This document shows, in pieces, positions 18,702-28,027 of a stretch of DNA of 64,000 nucleotides. The notes beneath the pieces were generated by a model. It saw only the letters and a list, made by a program, of their open reading frames with translations, searched no databases and was not told where the DNA came from. How positions within the stretch are numbered: position 1 is the first letter of the stretch; each line of letters starts with the position of its first letter. Position numbers and translations under genes: made by a program. The stretch is from the NCBI GenBank assembly GCA_018402635.1, contig JAGYIP010000003.1:12849-76848 (forward strand), given 5' to 3'. This DNA is from Burkholderiaceae bacterium (GTDB taxonomy: Bacteria; Pseudomonadota; Gammaproteobacteria; Burkholderiales; Burkholderiaceae_A).

Positions 18702-21141
18702 GCCCATTCGCCGGGGGCAACTTCTGAACAAGAAACGCAGCCAAGGCGGGCAGCAGAAGGACGGCACCAAAAAGATTAACCAGGAACATAAAGCCAAGCA
18801 GCAGACCCATGTCGGACTGGAACTGAAGATCGGACCCCAGCCAGGTGAGAACGGAGACCGTCATGGTGACCGCGGTAAAAAGCGAGGCCGTTCCCCGCTG
18901 CCGAAGGGCCTCAAACACTGCCTGTTCAAGCACCTCACCCTTTTGCAGCTCATGGCGAATACGTTCAAAAAGGTAAATGCCATAGTCCACGCCAACGCCC
19001 ACTCCAAGGGCAACCACGGGAAGGGTGTTGACCTTCAGACCAATATCAAGCCAGGTCATCACGGCATTGCAAAGCACGGTAACAAGCGCCAAGGGAAGGA
19101 TGATGCAAAGCGTAATGGCCACCGAACGAAAGGTGATGAGGCACAAAAGGGTGACCGCACCAAAGAGCGCAAGGTTCACCCAGCGATCGGAGGACTGCAC
19201 CACCTCGTTGGTGGCAGCCATGACACTTAAATTACCAAGGCCAATTTCAAACCGAAGGTCGTCGCGCTCAAAGACCCTGGCAAAGTCTTCTACATCGTTG
19301 ACGACCGAGCGAATGGTGGGCGCCTGATGGTCTTGCGTGTAAATGGAAACGGGCAGGGCCGTGCAGCCTGGGTTCATCAGCATATTGCCTAACCGCGTGG
19401 CCGCACCAACGCCCTGGGCAATCTGCTGCTCATCGGCAGGCAGTGCCCGCCATTTAATGTTGTTCTCGGCATAGGCCTGAGACACACGTGCGGTGAAGCC
19501 TGCCAGGCCACTCACCGCGGTGACTCCGGGGTTCTGTCGCATGATGAGTTCAAACTCGGCCAAAGGCTCCATCACCGTGGGCGAGACACACGGCGAGTCG
19601 CTGCCATCCACCTCCACAATCACCTGCATCACATCCACACCAATGGCAAAACGCTTGGTAATAAGCTCGGTGTCTTGGTTGTAGCGCGACTCGGGTCGCA
19701 GTTCGGGCACGCCCTGCCCCAGATCGCCCACCTGTCGGTCTTTGGCAATGTAGACACCCACGGCAAGCACCGCCACCGAGGCAAGAATCATGATGCTTGC
19801 AGGCCCCTTGCGCGTCAGCCGCGCCAGGACACGCCAGACACCAATCATGGATTGCTCGGACGGGGGACGGAAGGAGGCGTTCTGCCGATAAGACAGCAAA
19901 GCGGGCAGCAAGAGCTTGTTCGAGAGAATCATCACCAAGACACCCAGCGTGGCGGTGTAGGCAAGCTCGCGCACAATTCCAATGGGAACAAAGGCAATAA
20001 CAAGAAAGCCCAGGCCATTGGCAAGCAGCGCCATAGCCCCAGGAACAAAGAGCTTGCAGAAGGACTGGTGGGAGGCCTGCTTGGCATCACGACCGGCCAC
20101 TATCTCAAGCCGCCAGGCATTGGTCATTTGCACCGCATGCGAGACGGCAATGGCAAAAATAAGAAAGGGCACAAGAATGGAAAGGGGGTCAAGACCCAGG
20201 CCCACCAAGGGCATCAGCCCCAACAACCAGACCACGGGAACCACTGCGCAGCCCAAGGCATAGAAGGTCAGCATGACCGAGCGGCTATAGAAATACAGAA
20301 GCAATGTGGTGACAACAAAGGCCAGTCCAAAAAACACCAGCACCCCCGCCGCCCCATCGGCAATGTCGCCCACAGCTTTGGCAAAGCCAATGATATGAAT
20401 GGAATGGCTGTCTGTTTGAAGCTGCTGCCGAATGGACTCAAAGCTTTTTGCAACGGCCTTCAGGTCTGTTGGCTTGCCTGTCTGTGGGTCGCTTTCCTGC
20501 AGGCTTGCCACGACCATGGCCGAGCTGCCATCGGTTGAAATAATGCGGCCCACCCAGTCGGACTTCGCCACATTGGCCTTGACCTGTTCGATCTGGTCAG
20601 GCAGTCCCGCATAGTCGGCAGACACCACATTGCCGCCACGAAAGCCCTCCTCCACCACTTCGGTAAAACGAACATTGGGCGTAAAAAGGGAGGTGACCGA
20701 ACTACGCTCAACCCCTTCAATGTAGAAGACTTCTTCAGTGGCCTTCTTTAGAAGATCAAGCCCCTCGGGGGTGTAAATGGAGCCATCCTTGGCATGAACC
20801 GCAAGCAGCACCCGGTTGGCATTTCCAAAGGCCGACTGGTACTTCAAGAAGACCTGCATAAAGGGATGATCCAAAGGAATCATCTTGGTAAAGCCCGCGT
20901 CGGTGCGCAGCAAGGTTGCAGTGCCCGCAAGCACCAGGGTTAAGAGCGTGAAGAAGGCAATAAGACCGCGGCGGTAGTCAATTAGCCGGTCGGCCAGGCG
21001 CTGCAACCAGGCGGGGCCCTCGGCATTGGGCGGTGGCTTGGGTGGTTCTGGAGGCTCGGCAGGAGGCTTTGAACCGGACGACCCTGGCGGAGGGGGCGGC
21101 GGGGCGGCCATGTCGGGCGGCAATGAAACTGTGGAACTCAT
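18691..21141 (-). CDS. MMPL/RND-superfamily membrane transporter
   Basis: 816 aa with two repeats of TM + periplasmic loop + 5 TM; PFLIFAIAVSHAVQM and GVGVDYGIY motifs; Pro-rich N-terminal tail. Confidence 0.9.
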   Translation of the reverse strand: MSSTVSLPPDMAAPPPPPPGSSGSKPPAEPPEPPKPPPNAEGPAWLQRLADRLIDYRRGLIAFFTLLTLVLAGTATLLRTDAGFTKMIPLDHPFMQVFLKYQSAFGNANRVLLAVHAKDGSIYTPEGLDLLKKATEEVFYIEGVERSSVTSLFTPNVRFTEVVEEGFRGGNVVSADYAGLPDQIEQVKANVAKSDWVGRIISTDGSSAMVVASLQESDPQTGKPTDLKAVAKSFESIRQQLQTDSHSIHIIGFAKAVGDIADGAAGVLVFFGLAFVVTTLLLYFYSRSVMLTFYALGCAVVPVVWLLGLMPLVGLGLDPLSILVPFLIFAIAVSHAVQMTNAWRLEIVAGRDAKQASHQSFCKLFVPGAMALLANGLGFLVIAFVPIGIVRELAYTATLGVLVMILSNKLLLPALLSYRQNASFRPPSEQSMIGVWRVLARLTRKGPASIMILASVAVLAVGVYIAKDRQVGDLGQGVPELRPESRYNQDTELITKRFAIGVDVMQVIVEVDGSDSPCVSPTVMEPLAEFELIMRQNPGVTAVSGLAGFTARVSQAYAENNIKWRALPADEQQIAQGVGAATRLGNMLMNPGCTALPVSIYTQDHQAPTIRSVVNDVEDFARVFERDDLRFEIGLGNLSVMAATNEVVQSSDRWVNLALFGAVTLLCLITFRSVAITLCIILPLALVTVLCNAVMTWLDIGLKVNTLPVVALGVGVGVDYGIYLFERIRHELQKGEVLEQAVFEALRQRGTASLFTAVTMTVSVLTWLGSDLQFQSDMGLLLGFMFLVNLFGAVLLLPALAAFLVQKLPPANGHAA

Positions 21142-22151
21142 CGGCTAAGGCCCTGGGCAGGCTGCAGGCCATCAAGACCTGCCAGCCAGACATTGCCATT
21201 TTCAAGCTGACAGGCAGCGGCAAGCGTAGAGGTTGCCAAACGTTGCACAGTAAAACGTCGACCATCGTCATCGCTTAGGGCAGCCCTACCCTGCTCGCCC
21301 AAGAGCATGATCCTGCCATCTTTCAGCACAAGGCTTGCCATCCACGAGTAGGGGTCGCTTACCGAGACCTCTTGCCAGGCGGCCAAAGGCGACGACTGAC
21401 GAAAGATTCGGCCGCGCATACCGTAAACCAGGCGACTGCCCATGGGGGTTACAAGACCACCAAAGAACGAGCCTTTGTAAGGCATGGTGGAGGCCGGAAA
21501 GACCACAGGCGCATCACCCGGCTTGACCAAGTCAAGAATGTCGGTGGAGGACGGCGTCTCACCAAGATGGCCCGACTCGCCCATAAGAATCCATGCCTTA
21601 TGAAAACGGTCTTCAAGCAGGTGGTAAAGATGCCAGTCAAAGCCTTCCTCAAAGACCTCAAGACGCTTAAAGGTTTCACCCTGGTCTTGCGAGACCAGAA
21701 ACTTGCCGAAGGCGCCTGTAAGAAAAATACGCCCGCGGGAGTCCACGCGCGCCGACAGCCAGGCGTCCTGCCCAGGGTTGAGTTGCTGAAGATCGGGGGA
21801 CTGCAGAACCTGCCAGCTTGCCCCCTGGTCAGTCGAGCGCGCCACAAGCCCGCCATGGCCTGCCGCAATGCAAAGCCTGTCGGTCACTGAAAGACTTGTA
21901 AGGCTTCGGCCCAGGCTTAGGCGCTGAGTCGTCCACGATTCCCCTGCGTTTGTTGAGCGGGCAATGACGCCGCGCTCGCCAACAGCAAGCAGCAAAGCAC
22001 CCTGGCAGGCGATGTCAAAAAAGGCGGCCTTCTGAATACCAATGGGGCGGGATTCTTTAAAGACTGCGGCGCCTGCCGCAATGGGCGTTGTCAGACCCGA
22101 GGCCGCCCAGAAAAGCCCAGCGGTGCGGCCCAAAAAGAAACGCCTACCCAT
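21138..22151 (-). CDS. YCF48-like / BNR-repeat beta-propeller with Tat signal
   Basis: Repeated AVGERGVIARSTNAGESW, AGHGGLVARSTDQGASW, SQDQGETF, GSFFG and YGMRG motifs. Start set at MGRRFFLG (22151). Confidence 0.85.
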   Translation of the reverse strand: MGRRFFLGRTAGLFWAASGLTTPIAAGAAVFKESRPIGIQKAAFFDIACQGALLLAVGERGVIARSTNAGESWTTQRLSLGRSLTSLSVTDRLCIAAGHGGLVARSTDQGASWQVLQSPDLQQLNPGQDAWLSARVDSRGRIFLTGAFGKFLVSQDQGETFKRLEVFEEGFDWHLYHLLEDRFHKAWILMGESGHLGETPSSTDILDLVKPGDAPVVFPASTMPYKGSFFGGLVTPMGSRLVYGMRGRIFRQSSPLAAWQEVSVSDPYSWMASLVLKDGRIMLLGEQGRAALSDDDGRRFTVQRLATSTLAAACQLENGNVWLAGLDGLQPAQGLSR

Positions 22152-22192
22152 GGCCTTGGCATGGGCAGGCTGTGAACGAGTCAAGTGAGAAT

Positions 22193-23497
22193 TTAACGCG
22201 TACCGAGTCGGCGCAATGCGTCGGTTTGAAAGCTTGCCCATGGCGCCTTAATACCAAATTCGATGGGCTTTTTCACCTCGTTATCAAGATGGGAGATGAG
22301 GACATTGCCGTTTGACAGGTCATGCCACATTTGAATGCTGTACCAGGGCACACCCTGGTCATAGACCTGAATAAAGCCATGAATGCCCACCCGCCAGATG
22401 TCACCACGGGTGTCGTAGCAGTCTTCTTGCAGAATCATCCAGCTGTCTTCATCCAAGAAGAACACGCGCTTGCCATAAATATGCTTGCTGCCGGACTTTA
22501 ATGTGGCCTCAACCACCCAGACCCGATGCTTCTCGTAACGCATGTGCTCGCTGTTGGCTGACCCCTTGCGAACAATGTCGGAATACTTCAGTGCTTTACT
22601 TCCCACCTTGTAGGTGTTGTAGGCCACAAGCATTTCTTTACGGCCAAGAAGCTTCCAGTCGTAGCGGTCGAGCGCCCCGTTAAAAGCGAAGTACTGGTCG
22701 GTAACGCGCATGCCCTCGGTGCCATCGGCCACGTTGTCGTAGGCAAGGTCGGGGGCTCGGCGAACACGGCGCTGACCTGGGCTGTAGACCCAGGCGGCGC
22801 GGGGGTTGGCCATGGGGTCTCGAAACTCATGCACCATGTAAATGGTGCCTGCCAACGAGGAAGGCGCGGTGTAGCGAGAAAGAAAGGCGAACTGCAGACC
22901 GGTGTCCGTCTGGGCAGGCGTCATGTTCTCGGCATAAATGACCTTGTCGGTGTAGCCCACACGATAAAAGTCGCCATTGGCACGAACAGGAAACCAGGAA
23001 TATTCGCGGTCGAAACCACCACCTGCGTAGCGGTTCAAAAAGTTGGCCATGGCCTCTTCGCCTGTTTTGGGCGAAGGATGAACGACGGTCTTTTTGGCTG
23101 CATCGGGCAGGCCCGCCGTGCGGTGGGTCTTGTAGACCGGCATTTGAAAGGCGGGCTGCTTTTTTAGTAAGGCAAGGCTACCCACAGAAAGAAGGTCTTT
23201 GTACTGATCGGCATTGGCCGCCGTAACGGTGAAGAGTGGCTTTTCTTGGGCAAAGGGGTCGATATAACCTTTTTCAGGGCTGTAGCCAGCAGGCGGCTTC
23301 ATAAGCCCACCGGTGTAGGCCGGAATGGAGCCATCGGCGTTGGCGGAGGCAACGGCGCCGGAATGAGGAACCGACTGGGCCTGGGCTAGAACTTGACCGA
23401 ACACTCCACACCCGGCAACACCGCCTAAAACGAATCTATGGGCTGGAATAAGCGAAGCTTTGCGAAGAAAATTCCTACGTCCATCAGCCAGTTTCAA
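22193..23497 (-). CDS. DUF1329 family protein with Tat signal
   Basis: NADGSIPAYTGG, DPFAQEKPLFTVTAAN, AWVYSPGQRRVRRAP, FNGALDRYDWKLLG and HRVWVVEATLK motifs; N-terminal GRRNFLRK. Confidence 0.9.
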   Translation of the reverse strand: MKLADGRRNFLRKASLIPAHRFVLGGVAGCGVFGQVLAQAQSVPHSGAVASANADGSIPAYTGGLMKPPAGYSPEKGYIDPFAQEKPLFTVTAANADQYKDLLSVGSLALLKKQPAFQMPVYKTHRTAGLPDAAKKTVVHPSPKTGEEAMANFLNRYAGGGFDREYSWFPVRANGDFYRVGYTDKVIYAENMTPAQTDTGLQFAFLSRYTAPSSLAGTIYMVHEFRDPMANPRAAWVYSPGQRRVRRAPDLAYDNVADGTEGMRVTDQYFAFNGALDRYDWKLLGRKEMLVAYNTYKVGSKALKYSDIVRKGSANSEHMRYEKHRVWVVEATLKSGSKHIYGKRVFFLDEDSWMILQEDCYDTRGDIWRVGIHGFIQVYDQGVPWYSIQMWHDLSNGNVLISHLDNEVKKPIEFGIKAPWASFQTDALRRLGTR

Positions 23498-23698
23498 TAC
23501 TTTTCCCCATTACGAAATTCAGCATAAATTCGAACCACAATGAAGTGAACACTTAAATAACGTTTGAAAACAGTAGCGTTAACCCTCAGCTACTGACAGC
23601 GTTTTTTAGCTATGCTTTTACAAACCTGAAATTTACTCGTTAGCATTCACAAATAAAAAAGCGGGTAAAAATCAATTTCAACCTGTCAGGAGACATTA

Positions 23699-25222
23699 AT
23701 GAGTGTAAGTCGAGAGAAAAAAGGTTTTGGAGCCCTCACTCTAAGTACGGTCGCCATTTCGCTAACCCTGGCAGGCTGCGGAGGGGGCGGGGGTGACCCA
23801 GGTGCCAACCCGCTTACTCTTGACACCTCGGGCGCACGCGGCGCTTTAATTTCAGCCCCGCCCCCTGTCGCGACATTCTTGACCGCTTCAGCGTTCAATG
23901 CGAGCCTTTCAGGTTCTGCAAGTGGTCAGAGCGTATTGCAACTTGCTGGAACGCCAACCTGTGACGTGGCAATTCATAAGCTCGAGTATTCCACTGTGGA
24001 TGGCGCTGGAAACCAAGCACAAGCCTCCGCTGCAGTGATGATACCGACAGCAAGTTCTAACCCTGCCGTCCAAGCTGCTAGTTGCGTGGGATCTCGGCCG
24101 GTAGTGCTTTATGCACACGGCACCACAGTTGAAAAAGAATTCAACATAGCAAACCTTGCCGACGCGTCCGGCGCCGCAACCGGGGAAGTCAACGCAGGAT
24201 CAGGACAGGCCACACTGTTAGCAGCGTTGTTTGCCGCCCAGGGTTACGTGGTTATAGCGCCCAATTTCGTTGGATATGACTCATCAACCACAAGTTATCA
24301 CCCCTTCGTCAATCATGACCAGCAGGCCAAAGACATGGTGGACTCGCTTGCGGCTGGTCGTAAAGCGCTAGCATCACTTGCATCGACTTATCGATCCACC
24401 GATTCAGGAAAGCTCTTTATCACCGGGTTTTCCCAAGGTGGAAGTGTGGCGATGGCCACGCAAAAGCTCATGCAGGCAAGCAACTTAAGTTACACAGCGG
24501 CAGCACCCATTTCTGGGGCTTACAGGCTCAGCAGTTTCTTCGACGCTATTTTTTCAGGTTACACAACTGGGCCGACCCCATTGATACCAGTTGGTGGACC
24601 AGTATTCGCGACCATGGTGATCGAGAGCTATTTGAATTCCTATGGCCTCGCGGTTGATCGGGACGATATATACAACAGCAAATTTAGGTCCGGAATCGAG
24701 TCGTTGATACCCAGTGCAACCAAAGATTTCGGTGGGCTGTTGGATAACACCTCACTTCCCGCCTCCGCTTTGTTTGAGCCTAAGGACCCAACAGAGACCG
24801 CGTTGGGTCAGGCCACAGGCTTCTTTGACTCAACAAATTTCTTAATCAAAGGCACGTTCAGGACGGCCTACCTTACGAACACCGGCTCAGCGGCTCTTTT
24901 GAGAGCCAAGGTTGCAGAGAATGATCTTTCTACATTTGTTCCCACCAAACCCACATTTTTATGTGCAGGTGGTGGCGACCCAGTTGTTTTTACGAGCATC
25001 AATCACGATGCGATGGAGACAGCCTTCGCCGGGCTTCCTGCAGGCTTGGTGACAACGCTCGACCTTCAGGACACACCCGCAGGCGCTTTTGCGCAGCTTC
25101 AGGGCGGATTTCAAGCTCTTCAGGCGACCTACACAACACCAACATCAGCTCTACTCGCTTACCACGGTAACGTTGTTCCGTTTTGTCTAACGGGTGTTAG
25201 GGCATTTTTCTCAAATTTCTAA
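23699..25222 (+). CDS. Lipoprotein alpha/beta-hydrolase (LipA/LesA-like lipase/esterase)
   Basis: AGGAG RBS; lipobox LAG-C27 followed by a Gly linker; YAHGT, QGYVVIAP, YHPF and nucleophile elbow GFSQGG; candidate Asp (GGDPVV) and His (YHG). Confidence 0.82.
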   Translation: MSVSREKKGFGALTLSTVAISLTLAGCGGGGGDPGANPLTLDTSGARGALISAPPPVATFLTASAFNASLSGSASGQSVLQLAGTPTCDVAIHKLEYSTVDGAGNQAQASAAVMIPTASSNPAVQAASCVGSRPVVLYAHGTTVEKEFNIANLADASGAATGEVNAGSGQATLLAALFAAQGYVVIAPNFVGYDSSTTSYHPFVNHDQQAKDMVDSLAAGRKALASLASTYRSTDSGKLFITGFSQGGSVAMATQKLMQASNLSYTAAAPISGAYRLSSFFDAIFSGYTTGPTPLIPVGGPVFATMVIESYLNSYGLAVDRDDIYNSKFRSGIESLIPSATKDFGGLLDNTSLPASALFEPKDPTETALGQATGFFDSTNFLIKGTFRTAYLTNTGSAALLRAKVAENDLSTFVPTKPTFLCAGGGDPVVFTSINHDAMETAFAGLPAGLVTTLDLQDTPAGAFAQLQGGFQALQATYTTPTSALLAYHGNVVPFCLTGVRAFFSNF

Positions 25223-25278
25223 AAAAACTCATCTTGCAAGACTGGTCTTAACTTCAAACAAATAGCGGAGCATTCGAA

Positions 25279-27171
25279 ATGAGGAACAAGAACGTGACTA
25301 AGACCCCTGCGACTCGATTCCCTAATCTTTCTGTTTGCGGGATCGTTGGTTTCTTCTCTGTATTGCTTGGTGGAACGTCAGCACAAGCAGTCGACTTCTC
25401 GCTTGAGAATGGTTGGCAGGGCTCCTTGAACACCAACGTCTCACTTGGAACCAGTGTTCGAGCCCAATCTCAAGAACCCTCACTTTACGGATGGTCTGGC
25501 GGAATCCGAGTGGGCAAGGCCCAGCCTGGGCTAGGGGGATCAAACACAGACAGTGGAAACCTTAATTACGACAAAGGCGACCAGTTTTCAACGTTGCTTC
25601 GACTAACGTCTGACCTTTCCCTTAGCAAAGGGGAGATGGGAATGTTTGCCAGAGTTAAAGCTTGGCACGATTTCACCCTTAAGGGGGCATCAGTTAACGC
25701 AGGAAACAGGGGTAGCAACTACGTACTGGATGAGCCCCTTTCAGATGATGGATTCGACGCCCTGCAGAAATTTAACGGAGTAGCGCTACTTGACGCCTAC
25801 GCTTACAACACCTTTTACGCAGGTTCAACCCCCATTCAGGTACGAGTTGGTAATCAGGTGGTTAACTGGGGGGAAAGCCTCTTCATTCAGGGGATTAATC
25901 AGATCAATCCTATTGACCTTACTGCGCTTCGTAAGCCGGGTACCGAGCTAAAGGAAGCATTCCTCCCCATCCCATCCATCACGACAAACATTGGTCTAGG
26001 CGGTGGCAAGTCAATTGAAGCCTTCTACCAAGCAAAATGGACTCCCTCGAACATTGATAGTTGCGGAACCTATTTCGGAGTTGTTGAAACTCAGCTTACG
26101 ACTAAGTCAGGTCGTGCCTGCTCGGAGGTGCTTACAACCGTCGACGGTCGTCCCACTCTCGCCGATCCGGGCGCTTCGAACTACTCCGCAAGACTGCTCA
26201 CGGGAACCTGGGTTCCCATGACGAATGGCAAGGATGGAAGTGACGCCAACCAGTTCGGGCTGGCGTTTCGATTTCCCGTTGAGGCAATCGATGCAGAACT
26301 AGGTCTTTACGGGGCTATGTTCAGTTCCAGGACCCCCTATGTTTCTGGATACACAGGATCAGCGCTTCCTTCAGGGGGTATGGCGCAGCCCATTCATAAG
26401 ACCTTAAATTCAAACCTAACTGTCGCTCAAGGGTTCTGGGAGTACCCAGAAAAGATCAAAATGGTTGGCGTTACGGCAAGCACAAACATCGCGGGTTGGT
26501 CGGTCGGGTCTGAGCTAAGTTTTATACCCAACCAGCCAGCTCAAATTAACTCAGGAGACATTATTACGGCCCTATTGACCGGTGCAGGTCCTTACGGCGC
26601 GGAAGTGAGGGCCATTCGAGATAACCAAGGTGTTGGGGTTCGTGTTCCGGGCTACCGCAGATTCAACAAATACCAACTGCAAGTCAACGGCATCAAAGTG
26701 CTTCCGAGGATGATGGGGTCTGCTCAATCTGTTTTGGTTATTGAGGGCGCTTACCAGCATATTGATCTCGATGAGCTTCGTTACGGGAGGCCTTTTATTT
26801 TTGGCTATGCAAAGCATGCGACAACTCTGAATTCCTGCTCAACAAATCGCAGTCCAGAAGGTTGCGAAAACGATGGCTTTGTAACCAAGCATTCTTACGG
26901 ATACCGCCTTCGTCTTCAGTTGGAATACCCGAACTTTGCGGGCTTAGGACCTACTTTGTACCCCCAACTGAACATTTCGGAGGATCTACACGGTTACTCG
27001 GTTGACTCCCAGTTTGTAGAAGATCGGCGGACTATCGGAGTTGGGTTTAGGTTGAATTTCCAGAAGCGACACAACCTTGAACTCAATTACGTAACGTACT
27101 CTGACCAGGCCAAGTACGATGCCTTCCGGGACAGGGACTTCTACAGTGTGGTGGTCAGCACCTCGTTCTAA
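25279..27171 (+). CDS. DUF1302 family outer membrane protein
   Basis: Signal peptide; DSGNLNYDKGD, LLDAY, RVGNQVVNWGESLFIQG and INPID motifs; C-terminal DRDFYSVVVSTSF with terminal Phe. Confidence 0.9.
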   Translation: MRNKNVTKTPATRFPNLSVCGIVGFFSVLLGGTSAQAVDFSLENGWQGSLNTNVSLGTSVRAQSQEPSLYGWSGGIRVGKAQPGLGGSNTDSGNLNYDKGDQFSTLLRLTSDLSLSKGEMGMFARVKAWHDFTLKGASVNAGNRGSNYVLDEPLSDDGFDALQKFNGVALLDAYAYNTFYAGSTPIQVRVGNQVVNWGESLFIQGINQINPIDLTALRKPGTELKEAFLPIPSITTNIGLGGGKSIEAFYQAKWTPSNIDSCGTYFGVVETQLTTKSGRACSEVLTTVDGRPTLADPGASNYSARLLTGTWVPMTNGKDGSDANQFGLAFRFPVEAIDAELGLYGAMFSSRTPYVSGYTGSALPSGGMAQPIHKTLNSNLTVAQGFWEYPEKIKMVGVTASTNIAGWSVGSELSFIPNQPAQINSGDIITALLTGAGPYGAEVRAIRDNQGVGVRVPGYRRFNKYQLQVNGIKVLPRMMGSAQSVLVIEGAYQHIDLDELRYGRPFIFGYAKHATTLNSCSTNRSPEGCENDGFVTKHSYGYRLRLQLEYPNFAGLGPTLYPQLNISEDLHGYSVDSQFVEDRRTIGVGFRLNFQKRHNLELNYVTYSDQAKYDAFRDRDFYSVVVSTSF

Positions 27172-27194
27172 ACATCTACTCAAGAACTTTAATT

Positions 27195-27222
27195 AGCCCC
27201 GCCATACGCGGGGCTTTTCTTT
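27195..27222 (+). terminator. Intrinsic terminator after the DUF1302 gene
   Basis: Stem AGCCCCGC / GCGGGGCT with a 5-nt loop, followed by TTTCTTT. Confidence 0.85.
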
Positions 27223-27229
27223 ACCCACT

Positions 27230-27247
27230 TTCAAACAAATGTTTTAA
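27230..27247. promoter_or_regulatory. PsrA-type TetR operator TTCAAAC-AAAT-GTTTTAA
   Basis: One mismatch from the palindrome TTCAAAC-N4-GTTTGAA; 12 nt upstream of the TetR ATG. Confidence 0.7.
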
Positions 27248-27259
27248 TTGTGCGTATCA

Positions 27260-28024
27260 ATGCAGACGACTCCGAATCTCATATTGCGGCATGCCGAGCT
27301 GCTTTTTACTCAGTTTGGCGTGGAAGCCACCACCCTGCGCCAGATCACGGCGGCGGCGGGGGTCAACCTTGCGGCTGTGAACTACCATTTCGGCTCGAAA
27401 GAAGCCTTAATTCGTGAGATCTTCAAAAGGCGTCTTACCCAGCTGAACCAAGAGCGGCTTGCTGCCCTAGACCGTCTCGAAAAAGCTGCAGCAAGTCGCC
27501 CTGTGAAGCCCGCCAAGATTCTGGATGCTTTTTTTGGAACCCTGCTTCGGATTGCCCAGAAGGACAAGCAGGGTGGGCCCACCTTTTTGAAGCTGCTTGG
27601 ACGGACCCATACCGAGCCCTCGGAATTTATTCGTGTCTTTCTAGCCTCGGAGTACGAGGAGGTTTTAAGGCGCTACAAAGAGGCCCTTATTAAGTCACTG
27701 CCCGATGTCCCCCGAGAAGAGATTCTTTGGCGGTTTCATTTCATGCTGGGGGCCACGGCCTACGCCATTGCGGGCACCGACAGCCTAAAGCTGCTGGCCC
27801 ATGAAGGGCCTAAGGAAACCCAAGAGGCCCCTTCACGGTCCAAACCCAAGGACCAGGAGTCAGACCTTATGCAAATTGATCGCCTCTTGCCACGACTTAT
27901 GAACTTTCTGGTTGGCGGGCTTCGTGCGCCGCTTCCCGAATTCAATACGCAGGCCCTGCGCCAAGCCCAGCCCAGGCAGGCCGCCTTGCGCATCTCACGC
28001 TCAGTTAACCAAGGAAGGGGCTAA
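27260..28024 (+). CDS. psrA: TetR-family regulator, PsrA-like
   Basis: HTH TLRQITAAAGVNLAAVNYHFGSKE; C-terminal WRFHFMLGA and FLVGGLRAP typical of PsrA; heads the fad operon. Confidence 0.78.
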   Translation: MQTTPNLILRHAELLFTQFGVEATTLRQITAAAGVNLAAVNYHFGSKEALIREIFKRRLTQLNQERLAALDRLEKAAASRPVKPAKILDAFFGTLLRIAQKDKQGGPTFLKLLGRTHTEPSEFIRVFLASEYEEVLRRYKEALIKSLPDVPREEILWRFHFMLGATAYAIAGTDSLKLLAHEGPKETQEAPSRSKPKDQESDLMQIDRLLPRLMNFLVGGLRAPLPEFNTQALRQAQPRQAALRISRSVNQGRG

Positions 28025-28027
28025 CCC

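Noticed and set aside
19675-20538. 287 aa plus-strand ORF and similar long antisense ORFs elsewhere
   Set aside because: They lie opposite well-supported genes, show no motifs, and are expected in GC-rich coding DNA.
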